IMG/VR virus record: IMGVR_UViG_3300031952_000001
Span: 147,983-211,982 of that record
Length of the DNA: 64,000 nt
Reading direction: 5' to 3' (one strand)
The position numbers were made by a program, and so were the translations under genes. Under the pieces are notes generated by a model. The model was not told the origin of the DNA. It worked only from the letters and a program-made list of their open reading frames with translations, and did not search any database. This document shows, piece after piece, positions 56,680 through 64,000 of this stretch; within the stretch, counting starts at the first letter, position 1; every line of letters begins with the position of its first letter.

Positions 56680-57588
56680 ATGGGATTTCCGAAAACAGCT
56701 GCGGTCGACGTCCTTGGTGTACGATCTGACTCCTCGTGGCAGCGGGTTGCTGCTGCTGGGAAGACCTCGTCGCACTTCATGGAGGACGGGCTCCAGCTGA
56801 ACCTCGAAGCGATCCTGGACACGGTGGCCGACACCTACCGGATCTCGCGAGATCCCCGAGACTACCTCCTGATTCCCTGTCGCGCGTGCAGTGCGGATCG
56901 CCCCAACGAGAACATGGACGGCTGGAAGCGTGAAGAGCTGCTGAGGTTCGATCCAAAGATCGGCCGGCGGGTCTACTCGACTTTCACGTTGAAGCCTCAT
57001 TTCGTGAATCACAACTCCGCGAACTTCTCTCTGTCGCGGGGTGTTCTTCTCGACTCACACTACAACGACCAGAACCCGGCTTCCGACGCGGTGAAGCGCG
57101 CGGTTTTCGACGCTACCGGCAAGGACGCCTCCCAGGACGAGTTCATCGAGACCCTGATCGCCGCCGACATGTCCAAGGACCCGTACTTGGCTGAGGCCTA
57201 CAAGAGCGGCTCGGTCTACCGATTCTCGATGGGTTGCGACGTGACGGACACGGAGTGTTCGATTTGCGAAAAGGTCGCAACGAACACCCTCCAGTTCTGC
57301 GAGCACGTTCGTGGGAAGCACTCCCGCAGGGCCTACCCCCTCAAGGGTGGCGGGCAGCGCAAAGCGTCGGAGTGGTGCAGGGGTACGATCTTCGCCGAGC
57401 TGTCGGCGGTGGACGACCCCGCGGACAAGGATGCTGAGATCCAGGAAGGCCTTCTGCGGATTGCCTCCAACGATCTTTCATTGACAGAGCGCGATCTTTA
57501 TGAAATCAGTTCGTTTGTGGCTCGGCACGCAAATCAGATTCCAGAGGCTCTGGCGGGGCTGATTAACTCAGCCCTTTCCAGGAGTTAG
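56680..57588 (+). CDS. prohead (capsid maturation) protease
   Basis: NENMDG, FVNH, FSMGC...CSIC...CEH, FAELSAVDDPAD; lies before scaffold and capsid genes. Confidence 0.75.
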   Translation: MGFPKTAAVDVLGVRSDSSWQRVAAAGKTSSHFMEDGLQLNLEAILDTVADTYRISRDPRDYLLIPCRACSADRPNENMDGWKREELLRFDPKIGRRVYSTFTLKPHFVNHNSANFSLSRGVLLDSHYNDQNPASDAVKRAVFDATGKDASQDEFIETLIAADMSKDPYLAEAYKSGSVYRFSMGCDVTDTECSICEKVATNTLQFCEHVRGKHSRRAYPLKGGGQRKASEWCRGTIFAELSAVDDPADKDAEIQEGLLRIASNDLSLTERDLYEISSFVARHANQIPEALAGLINSALSRS

Positions 57589-57598
57589 GAGAACGGTA

Positions 57599-59773
57599 AT
57601 GTCGGGACTGACTCAGCGGTTTCAGCTTTTCAAGACGGTTGCCGATCTCCACAGCCAGGGCAGGGTCAAGCTCTCGAATGAGGAGCAGCGGCTGATCGAG
57701 CGTGAGTCGATGGACCTCATTCGGAAGTCGATGCTGAATCGGACCGCCGAGAAGGCTCCTCCCGGATTCGAGAGCGTGCTTCAGCAGCTGTCGAAGGCTC
57801 CCGATGCGGATTCCGCCTACGGCATCATCGTGGAGTACCTGAAGTCCCAGGGGGACCTCGGTGGGGCTCCCGAGCCGAAGCCCGGCCTGCCCGGCATGGA
57901 CAAGGGTCCGGGCATGGGCATGGACAAGGGTCCGGGCCCAGGCCCCGGTCTCGACATGGACAAGGGTCCGGGCATGGGCATGGGCAAGGGTCCGGAGATG
58001 GGCGGCGGCATGGGCGGCGGTCCGGGGAAGCCCGGCCTCGACATGGGGAAGAGCCCGGATCACGTTCCGGAGGGACTCGGCGGCGAGCCCGGGATCATGA
58101 AGGGCAAACCCTCCGAAGGTCCGATGCACGAGAAGAAGGAATCCCCGATGGAGGAGGGTATGGAGCACGGTAAGCCGGCTCCGAAGCCCGAAGGTGGCCC
58201 GGCCCCGAAGCCCGAGTCTACCCCCGGCGAGAAGCCCGAGAGCTTCGGTGGTGGCGAGAAGTCCGAGAAGTCCGAGGGTGGTGAGGACAAGGACGACGAC
58301 AAGGGCGGCGAGAAGCCCGAGAAGAAGGACGACAAGGGCGAGGACAAGGGCGAGAAGAAGCCCGAGAAGAAGGACGACAAGGGCGAGGCTCCCAAGAAGG
58401 AGCGTGAGGCCCTGCGCCGTCGTGCCCAGGAGCAGGCCGAGCAGTCGAGGATCAAGAATCTCCAGAAGGAGAAGAAGGACTTCGGCAAGGAAATCACTTC
58501 CGACGAGATGGGACTCGAAGCGACGGAGGGTATGCCGATGTCCAACCCAATGCCTCAGGAGCAGACGAACGTCCGCGCGAAGAAGGTGCGCGTCCACACG
58601 ACGCCGTCCGGCACCATCGTCGCCAGCCACATCGACTTCGGTCCGATCTTCCACGCCGTTCCGTCGGAAGCGATCCGGGGCAACGCGGAAGAGCTGCGCC
58701 GCCTCGCGAACCGCGTCTACGGCAAGATCGTGTACGAGGGGTTCATGAAGGCCGCGAAGTTCTGCAACGCGAAGATCATCCGTTCGGCCGGCATCGATGA
58801 CGGCGTCGAGCTGAACCACGTCGAGACGGTCGAGCCGAAGACCAAGGGCATCACCGACGGCGCGGAGAACGTGAACCGCGAGAAGCCCGAGGGCGAGCTG
58901 GACTCTCTGACCAAGGATCCCGAGGTCGTCACGCGCGAGAAGCCCTCCATCGAGCAGCCGGATGTTCTGGCGGGTCGCCGCAAGGCGCTCGCCCGCGCTG
59001 CGCTCCTCAAGATGAAGCGCCGGCAGGGCGGGGACATCCTGGACCAGGCGGAGAACGTCACGAAGGATCACAAGCCGTCCAAGCCTACCTTCAACACGGG
59101 CGACGACGCCGAGACCAACGCGACGGAGCAGCACGGTGCTCCGGAGGGTCGCGTCATCGACGGCGGGGACAACGTGATCCGCAACGCGCAGACGCACTTC
59201 CAGAAGTTGTACGCCACGCGGATGGCGAAGAAGGTCGCCGCGGAGAAGGAGGCGTTCATCCGCCGGTTCACCCGGGCGATGCGCCTCTCCGCGACTCGGA
59301 TGCTGCTCAACCACGAGGAGCACCCGTTCAAGGCCGCCGCGGTCGACGTCCTCGCGGACAACAGCGGCAGCATCGAGTTCTCGGACGGCCAGCGCTACAC
59401 GGGCATGGACGTCGCCGCCGCGGTGGAGCTGACGGAGCTGATCGCTTCCGAGGGCCACAAGGCGTTCCTCGATGCGCTGCTCACGAAGGCGGCCGACCTC
59501 ATGGGGAAGGATGATCGGTACCTGGCGGATGCCGAGTCCGATCTCGCCAAGCTCGCGCCGGTTTCGGTTTCGGCCGGCCTCGCGGGCTCCAAAACGTCTT
59601 CTTTCCGCAACCGCTCCGTTTCGAAGAGGCGGGCGGCAGTGGAGGGGAATTTCGAAGTCACGCATGGGACCCCTGCAACCGGTCCTGAAATTTCAAAAAC
59701 AGCTGATCTGCGCGGAGCCCTCGGCGGCGGCACTCTCCTGGGTCGTAGGCTGGAGAGATTGGGCCGTGGGTAG
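57599..59773 (+). CDS. putative scaffolding protein
   Basis: Low-complexity G/P/M and K/D/E tracts; lies between protease and capsid genes. Confidence 0.65.
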   Translation: MSGLTQRFQLFKTVADLHSQGRVKLSNEEQRLIERESMDLIRKSMLNRTAEKAPPGFESVLQQLSKAPDADSAYGIIVEYLKSQGDLGGAPEPKPGLPGMDKGPGMGMDKGPGPGPGLDMDKGPGMGMGKGPEMGGGMGGGPGKPGLDMGKSPDHVPEGLGGEPGIMKGKPSEGPMHEKKESPMEEGMEHGKPAPKPEGGPAPKPESTPGEKPESFGGGEKSEKSEGGEDKDDDKGGEKPEKKDDKGEDKGEKKPEKKDDKGEAPKKEREALRRRAQEQAEQSRIKNLQKEKKDFGKEITSDEMGLEATEGMPMSNPMPQEQTNVRAKKVRVHTTPSGTIVASHIDFGPIFHAVPSEAIRGNAEELRRLANRVYGKIVYEGFMKAAKFCNAKIIRSAGIDDGVELNHVETVEPKTKGITDGAENVNREKPEGELDSLTKDPEVVTREKPSIEQPDVLAGRRKALARAALLKMKRRQGGDILDQAENVTKDHKPSKPTFNTGDDAETNATEQHGAPEGRVIDGGDNVIRNAQTHFQKLYATRMAKKVAAEKEAFIRRFTRAMRLSATRMLLNHEEHPFKAAAVDVLADNSGSIEFSDGQRYTGMDVAAAVELTELIASEGHKAFLDALLTKAADLMGKDDRYLADAESDLAKLAPVSVSAGLAGSKTSSFRNRSVSKRRAAVEGNFEVTHGTPATGPEISKTADLRGALGGGTLLGRRLERLGRG

Positions 59774-59810
59774 CGCAGGGAAGCAACAGAGCGAGAAAGA
59801 GGGTTAGAAA

Positions 59811-60602
59811 ATGGTATTTTCACCTCGGATGGACGCCTTCAGAGTCAGTACCCGCGCGATGGGTATCGACCTGATGCGTTCGGTCTACACTCGCAACCTG
59901 GGCACGTACGTTGCCGCGGTCGGTACCACGTTCCGAGCCGGGATGCTCGTTCAGCTGAACGCATCCCAGGAGATCGAGATCTGTGGGAACGGCGGCGCGA
60001 CGAACCCGTTCGGGTTTGCGAAGTACAACAAGACGAGCACGCTGTGGGCGGCCGTCGTCGGAGAGCAGATCCAGCTGGTCGGTGTCCTGCCGACCAACCT
60101 GGCCCACGCCAACCTCTGGTCGGCGGCGGGCGGTGTCGGCGGCGTTCGCGTGTTCAACCTGAGCACGGGCGCGGCCTACATCGAAGGCGCGCTCAACGAC
60201 TACACCGTCACCTACATCAACGGCCAGGTCCAGCGGACGGCCGGCTCCACCATCCCGGCGGGCGCGTACGTCGGCGTCACCTACCAGTACGAGGTGACCC
60301 AGAGCGAGATGAAGTTCGAGGGGCGCAACTTCTGGAACTTCACCGACGACGTCTCCATCCAGGACAACAAGATCACGGTCATCAACGACTGGTCGCTGAT
60401 CTTCACCACCCAGTACGATGCCTCGCGGACCTACACCGTGAATCAGCCTCTGTACGCGGGTGACTCTGCGAACCTCCTCCAGGGCTTCGTGTCCAACGAC
60501 GGCGCGCTCGGCACTCCGTACGTTGGTCGTGTCTTCCAACTCCCGACCGCCGCGGACCCGTTCATGGGTATGCAGTACGCTGGCGGCAGGACTGCGCCGT
60601 AA
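59811..60602 (+). CDS. head decoration/cement protein
   Basis: FRAGMLVQL...PFG...KITVI pattern; immediately before the capsid gene. Confidence 0.65.
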   Translation: MVFSPRMDAFRVSTRAMGIDLMRSVYTRNLGTYVAAVGTTFRAGMLVQLNASQEIEICGNGGATNPFGFAKYNKTSTLWAAVVGEQIQLVGVLPTNLAHANLWSAAGGVGGVRVFNLSTGAAYIEGALNDYTVTYINGQVQRTAGSTIPAGAYVGVTYQYEVTQSEMKFEGRNFWNFTDDVSIQDNKITVINDWSLIFTTQYDASRTYTVNQPLYAGDSANLLQGFVSNDGALGTPYVGRVFQLPTAADPFMGMQYAGGRTAP

Positions 60603-60618
60603 AGAAAGGAGCGGAAAA

Positions 60619-61854
60619 ATGACGAATCCATATCGTTCGATCAGTTCGGATCGCCGTCCCGTCTCCGCGCAGCCGGCCCGGAGAGCGGAAGGCAACACCC
60701 CGCAGCCGCAGCCCAAGGGCATGGCGGTTCGGCCGAAGGGGAGGTTCGCCTCCCGCCAGGACGAGCGCCTGTTCGAAGGCAACGGCGCGTTCAACCCGCA
60801 GCGGCACGATGCCCACTCGTCGCGGCACGCGACGAAGGATCGCACCGACCGGCGCATGTTCGACAAGAAGGGTGAGGTCAACGCCTGGGATCGCCGGGAC
60901 GTCCTCACCCAGATCAACGAGCTGATGAACGGCGTGACCAAGCGCAACGCGAAGGCCCTGTCGTTCTACAAGCCCGAGACCGAGTCGAACATCTCCAAAG
61001 AGGCCCGGCGCGACATCCTCGCGGCGGCTCTCACCGACCCGACCAACCAGGGGTTCCACCTGGTCGGCCAGGAGCTGGCGCTCCCGATCAAGGTCATCCT
61101 CGACTACGAAGGGTTCGCGCGGAAGGTGTACCGCGTGCGGAAGCTGGCGCAGGCCGAGCTGTTCCGCATCCCGGTGGACATCCGTTCGACGGCCTGGGTG
61201 GTCGGTCAGGACGGCCAGAGCAACGAGTCCCGGATCAAGACGAAGTGGATCACTCCGCCGGAGTGGAAGGTCACTTCGTTCCCGTCGGTCGACATCATGG
61301 ACATCTACCAGATGAACTTCGATGTCCTCGACAGGGCCCAGGACACCGCGCGGCAGGAGATCGAGCTGAAAGAGGACCAGGCCGCCGTCGGCCTCATCGA
61401 CGAGGCGGCGCAGACGATCAACGCCGTGACCACGTTCGCCACGCTGGGCATCGGCGCGTTCGAGGACGTTCGCTTCCAGGTCGAGCGGCACCGCTTGATG
61501 GTCGAGAACTTCCTGATCTCCAGGTCCGAGCTGAGCGACATCGTGAAGACGATGTCGGCGGCAGTCGACCCGGTGACCGAGCGCGAGCTGATCCTCGCCG
61601 GCTACATCGGCAACGTGCTCAACGCGCAGATCCTGACCGCGGCCGGCACGGGCGTCGAGGAAGTCATCCCTCCGGGGACCTTCTACGCGACGACCGGCGC
61701 TGACTACATGGGCGAGATGGGCATCCGCATCGAGCTGTTCTCCGAGCCGTACAACAAGTACAGCCACCAGGAGACGGTGAAGGGCTGGGCGTTCATCGAG
61801 ATGGTCGGCTTCGGCATCGCGAACGCTCGCGCCTGCGCGAAGGGGATGAAGTAG
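60619..61854 (+). CDS. major capsid protein
   Basis: AAAGGAG RBS; LALPIKVILDYEGFARK, RAQDTARQEIELKED, GWAFIEMVGFGIANARA; extreme codon bias; head-module position. Confidence 0.85.
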   Translation: MTNPYRSISSDRRPVSAQPARRAEGNTPQPQPKGMAVRPKGRFASRQDERLFEGNGAFNPQRHDAHSSRHATKDRTDRRMFDKKGEVNAWDRRDVLTQINELMNGVTKRNAKALSFYKPETESNISKEARRDILAAALTDPTNQGFHLVGQELALPIKVILDYEGFARKVYRVRKLAQAELFRIPVDIRSTAWVVGQDGQSNESRIKTKWITPPEWKVTSFPSVDIMDIYQMNFDVLDRAQDTARQEIELKEDQAAVGLIDEAAQTINAVTTFATLGIGAFEDVRFQVERHRLMVENFLISRSELSDIVKTMSAAVDPVTERELILAGYIGNVLNAQILTAAGTGVEEVIPPGTFYATTGADYMGEMGIRIELFSEPYNKYSHQETVKGWAFIEMVGFGIANARACAKGMK

Positions 61855-61868
61855 TTCATCCGTGGAGA

Positions 61869-61943
61869 GGGCCCCGGGGAATCACCTTTCCCGGGGCCCA
61901 AACCACTTAACCCCGCTGCGGCGGGAGATGGAGCGAAAGCTCT
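61869..61943 (+). other. cluster of three hairpins after the capsid gene
   Basis: GGGCCCCGGG...CCCGGGGCCC; CCCGC-TGCG-GCGGG; GGAGC-GAAA-GCTCT; no U-tract. Confidence 0.65.
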
Positions 61944-61964
61944 GGCACACCTGAGAGTTCATGG

Positions 61965-62807
61965 ATGTACCGTACAACAGGATCAGTCCCCGTTCTGGGT
62001 CGTAACGACGAGATCCTGTCGTACACGCATCCCGCCAGAGCAAGAAAATTGGTGGACTCAGGAAGGGCGCGAGTGGCAAACCGCGACCCTTTCATAATCA
62101 AACTGGCGAGAGATCCCAGGGAGGCTAACATGGAAGCAACATCGAGAGTTCCAGTCATCACCAACTTCACGGAGTATTTCCGTGAGGAGCGGGACGTGTA
62201 CGTCCAGAACAAGAGCAACACGCAGGTGTCGCTCCAGTTCGAGACGTCGCCGGGGCGTGTCGATTCGCTGCTGATCCCGCGCGACAAGAAGCCGCTGAAC
62301 CTCACGCAGATGGTGCCGTTCAAGGCCATCAAGGAGTCGGTCGATCTGCGCAAGATGGTGAACCGGCAGCCGCCGGTTCTCGTCCTCCTCACCGAGGAAG
62401 AGTACCTCGCGTACTACCAGCTGATCGCGCAGGCGGACAATGCCCCCATCGACAAGGTCATCGCGGAGGCTCAGCAGTACCAGAGGGACCTCCAGGACAA
62501 GCGCGTCTTCACAGCGCCCGAGCCCCGCGGTCGGAAGACTCTGGAGGACACGGCCGAGGATCGGAAGGACGAGCCGGCGGACCCGCAGGACAAGGTTACC
62601 GCGCGTATCGTGGGCATCTGTAACTCGGTCGGCGACGACGTCTCCGAGAAGGATCGTCTCGCGGCGGGCCCCATGCTGGAGGAGATCAAGGACCTCGACG
62701 CCGGGCAGCCGCTCACGCGGGCGGACTTGGAGTACATCCAGGGCCACGGCTTCTACAAGAGCGTCAAGAACTGGGCGTTGACGACCCACGCAGAGCGCTG
62801 GAGCTAG
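61965..62807 (+). CDS. protein with N-terminal RRXRR/PLMP domain; second in-frame start at 62130
   Basis: VPVLGRNDEILSYTHPARARKLVDSGRARVANRDPFIIKL; GGGAGG RBS before the internal ATG. Confidence 0.75.
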   Translation: MYRTTGSVPVLGRNDEILSYTHPARARKLVDSGRARVANRDPFIIKLARDPREANMEATSRVPVITNFTEYFREERDVYVQNKSNTQVSLQFETSPGRVDSLLIPRDKKPLNLTQMVPFKAIKESVDLRKMVNRQPPVLVLLTEEEYLAYYQLIAQADNAPIDKVIAEAQQYQRDLQDKRVFTAPEPRGRKTLEDTAEDRKDEPADPQDKVTARIVGICNSVGDDVSEKDRLAAGPMLEEIKDLDAGQPLTRADLEYIQGHGFYKSVKNWALTTHAERWS

Positions 62808-62827
62808 TTCTTCGGCCCTCTTCACAC

Positions 62828-62859
62828 TTTAAAAAATCGAAGTCGTTTCGTGCTACTCT
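62828..62859 (+). promoter_or_regulatory. class II promoter
   Basis: TTTAAAAAATC...TGCTACTCT. Confidence 0.65.
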
Positions 62860-62895
62860 GAGGCAGACGGATTCGTGTATTCAAAGAGGTGATTC

Positions 62896-63348
62896 ATGGG
62901 CAGAATGCGGCATAGGGTGGTCGAGGTTACGTTGCCCGACGGGCAGGAGATCCGGGTTGCGGATGCTCCCAACAGCGACTCGTTGAGGAACCTGACCATC
63001 ACGGTGGTACCTCTGTACGATGGCCCCCTCCTCCCCGCGGGCGGTAACGTCGTGTGCAAGATCTTCTACGGCGGCGGCTACGGACAGCCGGCCGTGGTGT
63101 TCGGTCCGAACTACGAGACAGGTGTACAGCAGGGTGGTATCGTGAATCTCGCCGGGGGCTCTGCCCTTCCGCGGCGCATTTTCACGGACGCGAACATCCT
63201 TCCTCCGGACAGGTGGAGGGATGGCACTACGGTTCGCGAGGATGCGAACCTCGCGAGGGCACTGCATCTGTACAACAACACAGGCGGCGGCGGTACTTTG
63301 CGCTGCAAGGTCATGTTCGACTCCGAGGAGCTGAACGAGGCCACCTAA
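62896..63348 (+). CDS. hypothetical virion-associated protein
   Basis: AGAGG RBS; class II promoter. Confidence 0.65.
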   Translation: MGRMRHRVVEVTLPDGQEIRVADAPNSDSLRNLTITVVPLYDGPLLPAGGNVVCKIFYGGGYGQPAVVFGPNYETGVQQGGIVNLAGGSALPRRIFTDANILPPDRWRDGTTVREDANLARALHLYNNTGGGGTLRCKVMFDSEELNEAT

Positions 63349-63358
63349 GGAGGGTTCC

Positions 63359-63742
63359 ATGGAAGACATTCTCAACCTCTTGATCGAGTACGGTCCTTAC
63401 GTCGCGCTGGCGGTCATCGTCGCCGGAATCGTGCAGTCCTTGAAGCTCGCCTTCAAGAAGTTCTTTCTTCAGATGCCTCTCGGGATGAGGATCCTGCCGT
63501 TTCTCCCGCTGATGCTGGGCATGATCGGTGGGCTTCTTCTCCCGCAGGAGACTCTCGCTTCGAAGCTGATGGTCGGTGGCGCGTTGGGGACGTTGTCCTC
63601 GGTGATCTACGGTGCCATCACACGCACGTTCGTGAGCAACAACACCTTGCGGCAGAAGATCGAGATGAAGACCGGCAACGCGGCATCCACTTCGGTAGAG
63701 GCTATGGAGCCCCCGGCAGGCCCTGAGGGCGAAGTGAAATGA
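63359..63742 (+). CDS. holin-like membrane protein
   Basis: Three hydrophobic segments, charged tail. Confidence 0.55.
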   Translation: MEDILNLLIEYGPYVALAVIVAGIVQSLKLAFKKFFLQMPLGMRILPFLPLMLGMIGGLLLPQETLASKLMVGGALGTLSSVIYGAITRTFVSNNTLRQKIEMKTGNAASTSVEAMEPPAGPEGEVK

Positions 63743-64000
63743 AGACCCTGGGGAAGATCTGGGCGTGGGTGAAAGCCCACTGGAAGTGGGTCGTCGCCGG
63801 CCTGGCGGTGGTCGTCGCGCTCATCGTGGGTGCGCGCATCGCGAAGGGGCGGGTAGGCCCTCCGCCCATCCCGGAGAAGATCCAGAAGCGCAAGGAGAAG
63901 GTCGCCTTCTTGCAGGGTGAGATCAGCCAGCTCGAAGTTCAGAAGACCACCATAGCGTCAAGGGAAGCCGCTACTGAAGAAGACATCAAAAAAATCAGTA
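63739..64000 (+). CDS. membrane-anchored coiled-coil protein (spanin-like), truncated by the window edge
   Basis: MKTLGKIWAWVKAHWKWVVAGLAVVVALIVG then coiled coil. Confidence 0.5.
   Translation, partial: MKTLGKIWAWVKAHWKWVVAGLAVVVALIVGARIAKGRVGPPPIPEKIQKRKEKVAFLQGEISQLEVQKTTIASREAATEEDIKKIS

Noticed and set aside
61869-61899. Rho-independent terminator after the capsid gene
   Set aside because: Strong stem but no U-tract; kept only as a hairpin.
1-64000. tRNA, rRNA, integrase or alternative genetic code
   Set aside because: None recognisable; genes read through in the standard code, and all three stop codons are used as stops.

Overview
GC-rich (roughly 60-65%) fragment of a large tailed dsDNA phage. 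No host housekeeping operons, tRNAs, rRNAs or CRISPR array were seen. About 1-17 kb holds many small accessory genes behind sigma70-like TTGAC-N16/17-TATA(G/T)T promoters: DEDD exonuclease, GHKL ATPase-HExxH fusion, XRE HTH, ParB-N, dTMP kinase, protease-less LexA and a mini ABC-type ATPase. About 17-33 kb and 42.6-49.7 kb hold modular fibre/spike/decoration genes. An AT-rich repeat region (34.9-35.8 kb) precedes the packaging genes (terS candidate, terL), followed by a lone TnpB. The head module follows: portal with two LAGLIDADG inteins, minor head protein, prohead protease, scaffold, decoration protein and major capsid protein, then holin/spanin-like genes. Four observations stand out. (1) The predicted TnpB guide is an alternative allele of the terL 3' end, while the resident terL end differs, suggesting an RNA-guided homing/gene-drive element. 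(2) Two triple-hairpin arrays with compensatory stems follow two paralogous genes. (3) An orphan IscB-type PLMP/RRXRR domain, preceded by hairpins, lies just after the capsid gene. (4) A second promoter class (TTTAAAAATCC plus a -10 box) marks virion genes. All calls come from reading motifs by eye; no database searches were run.
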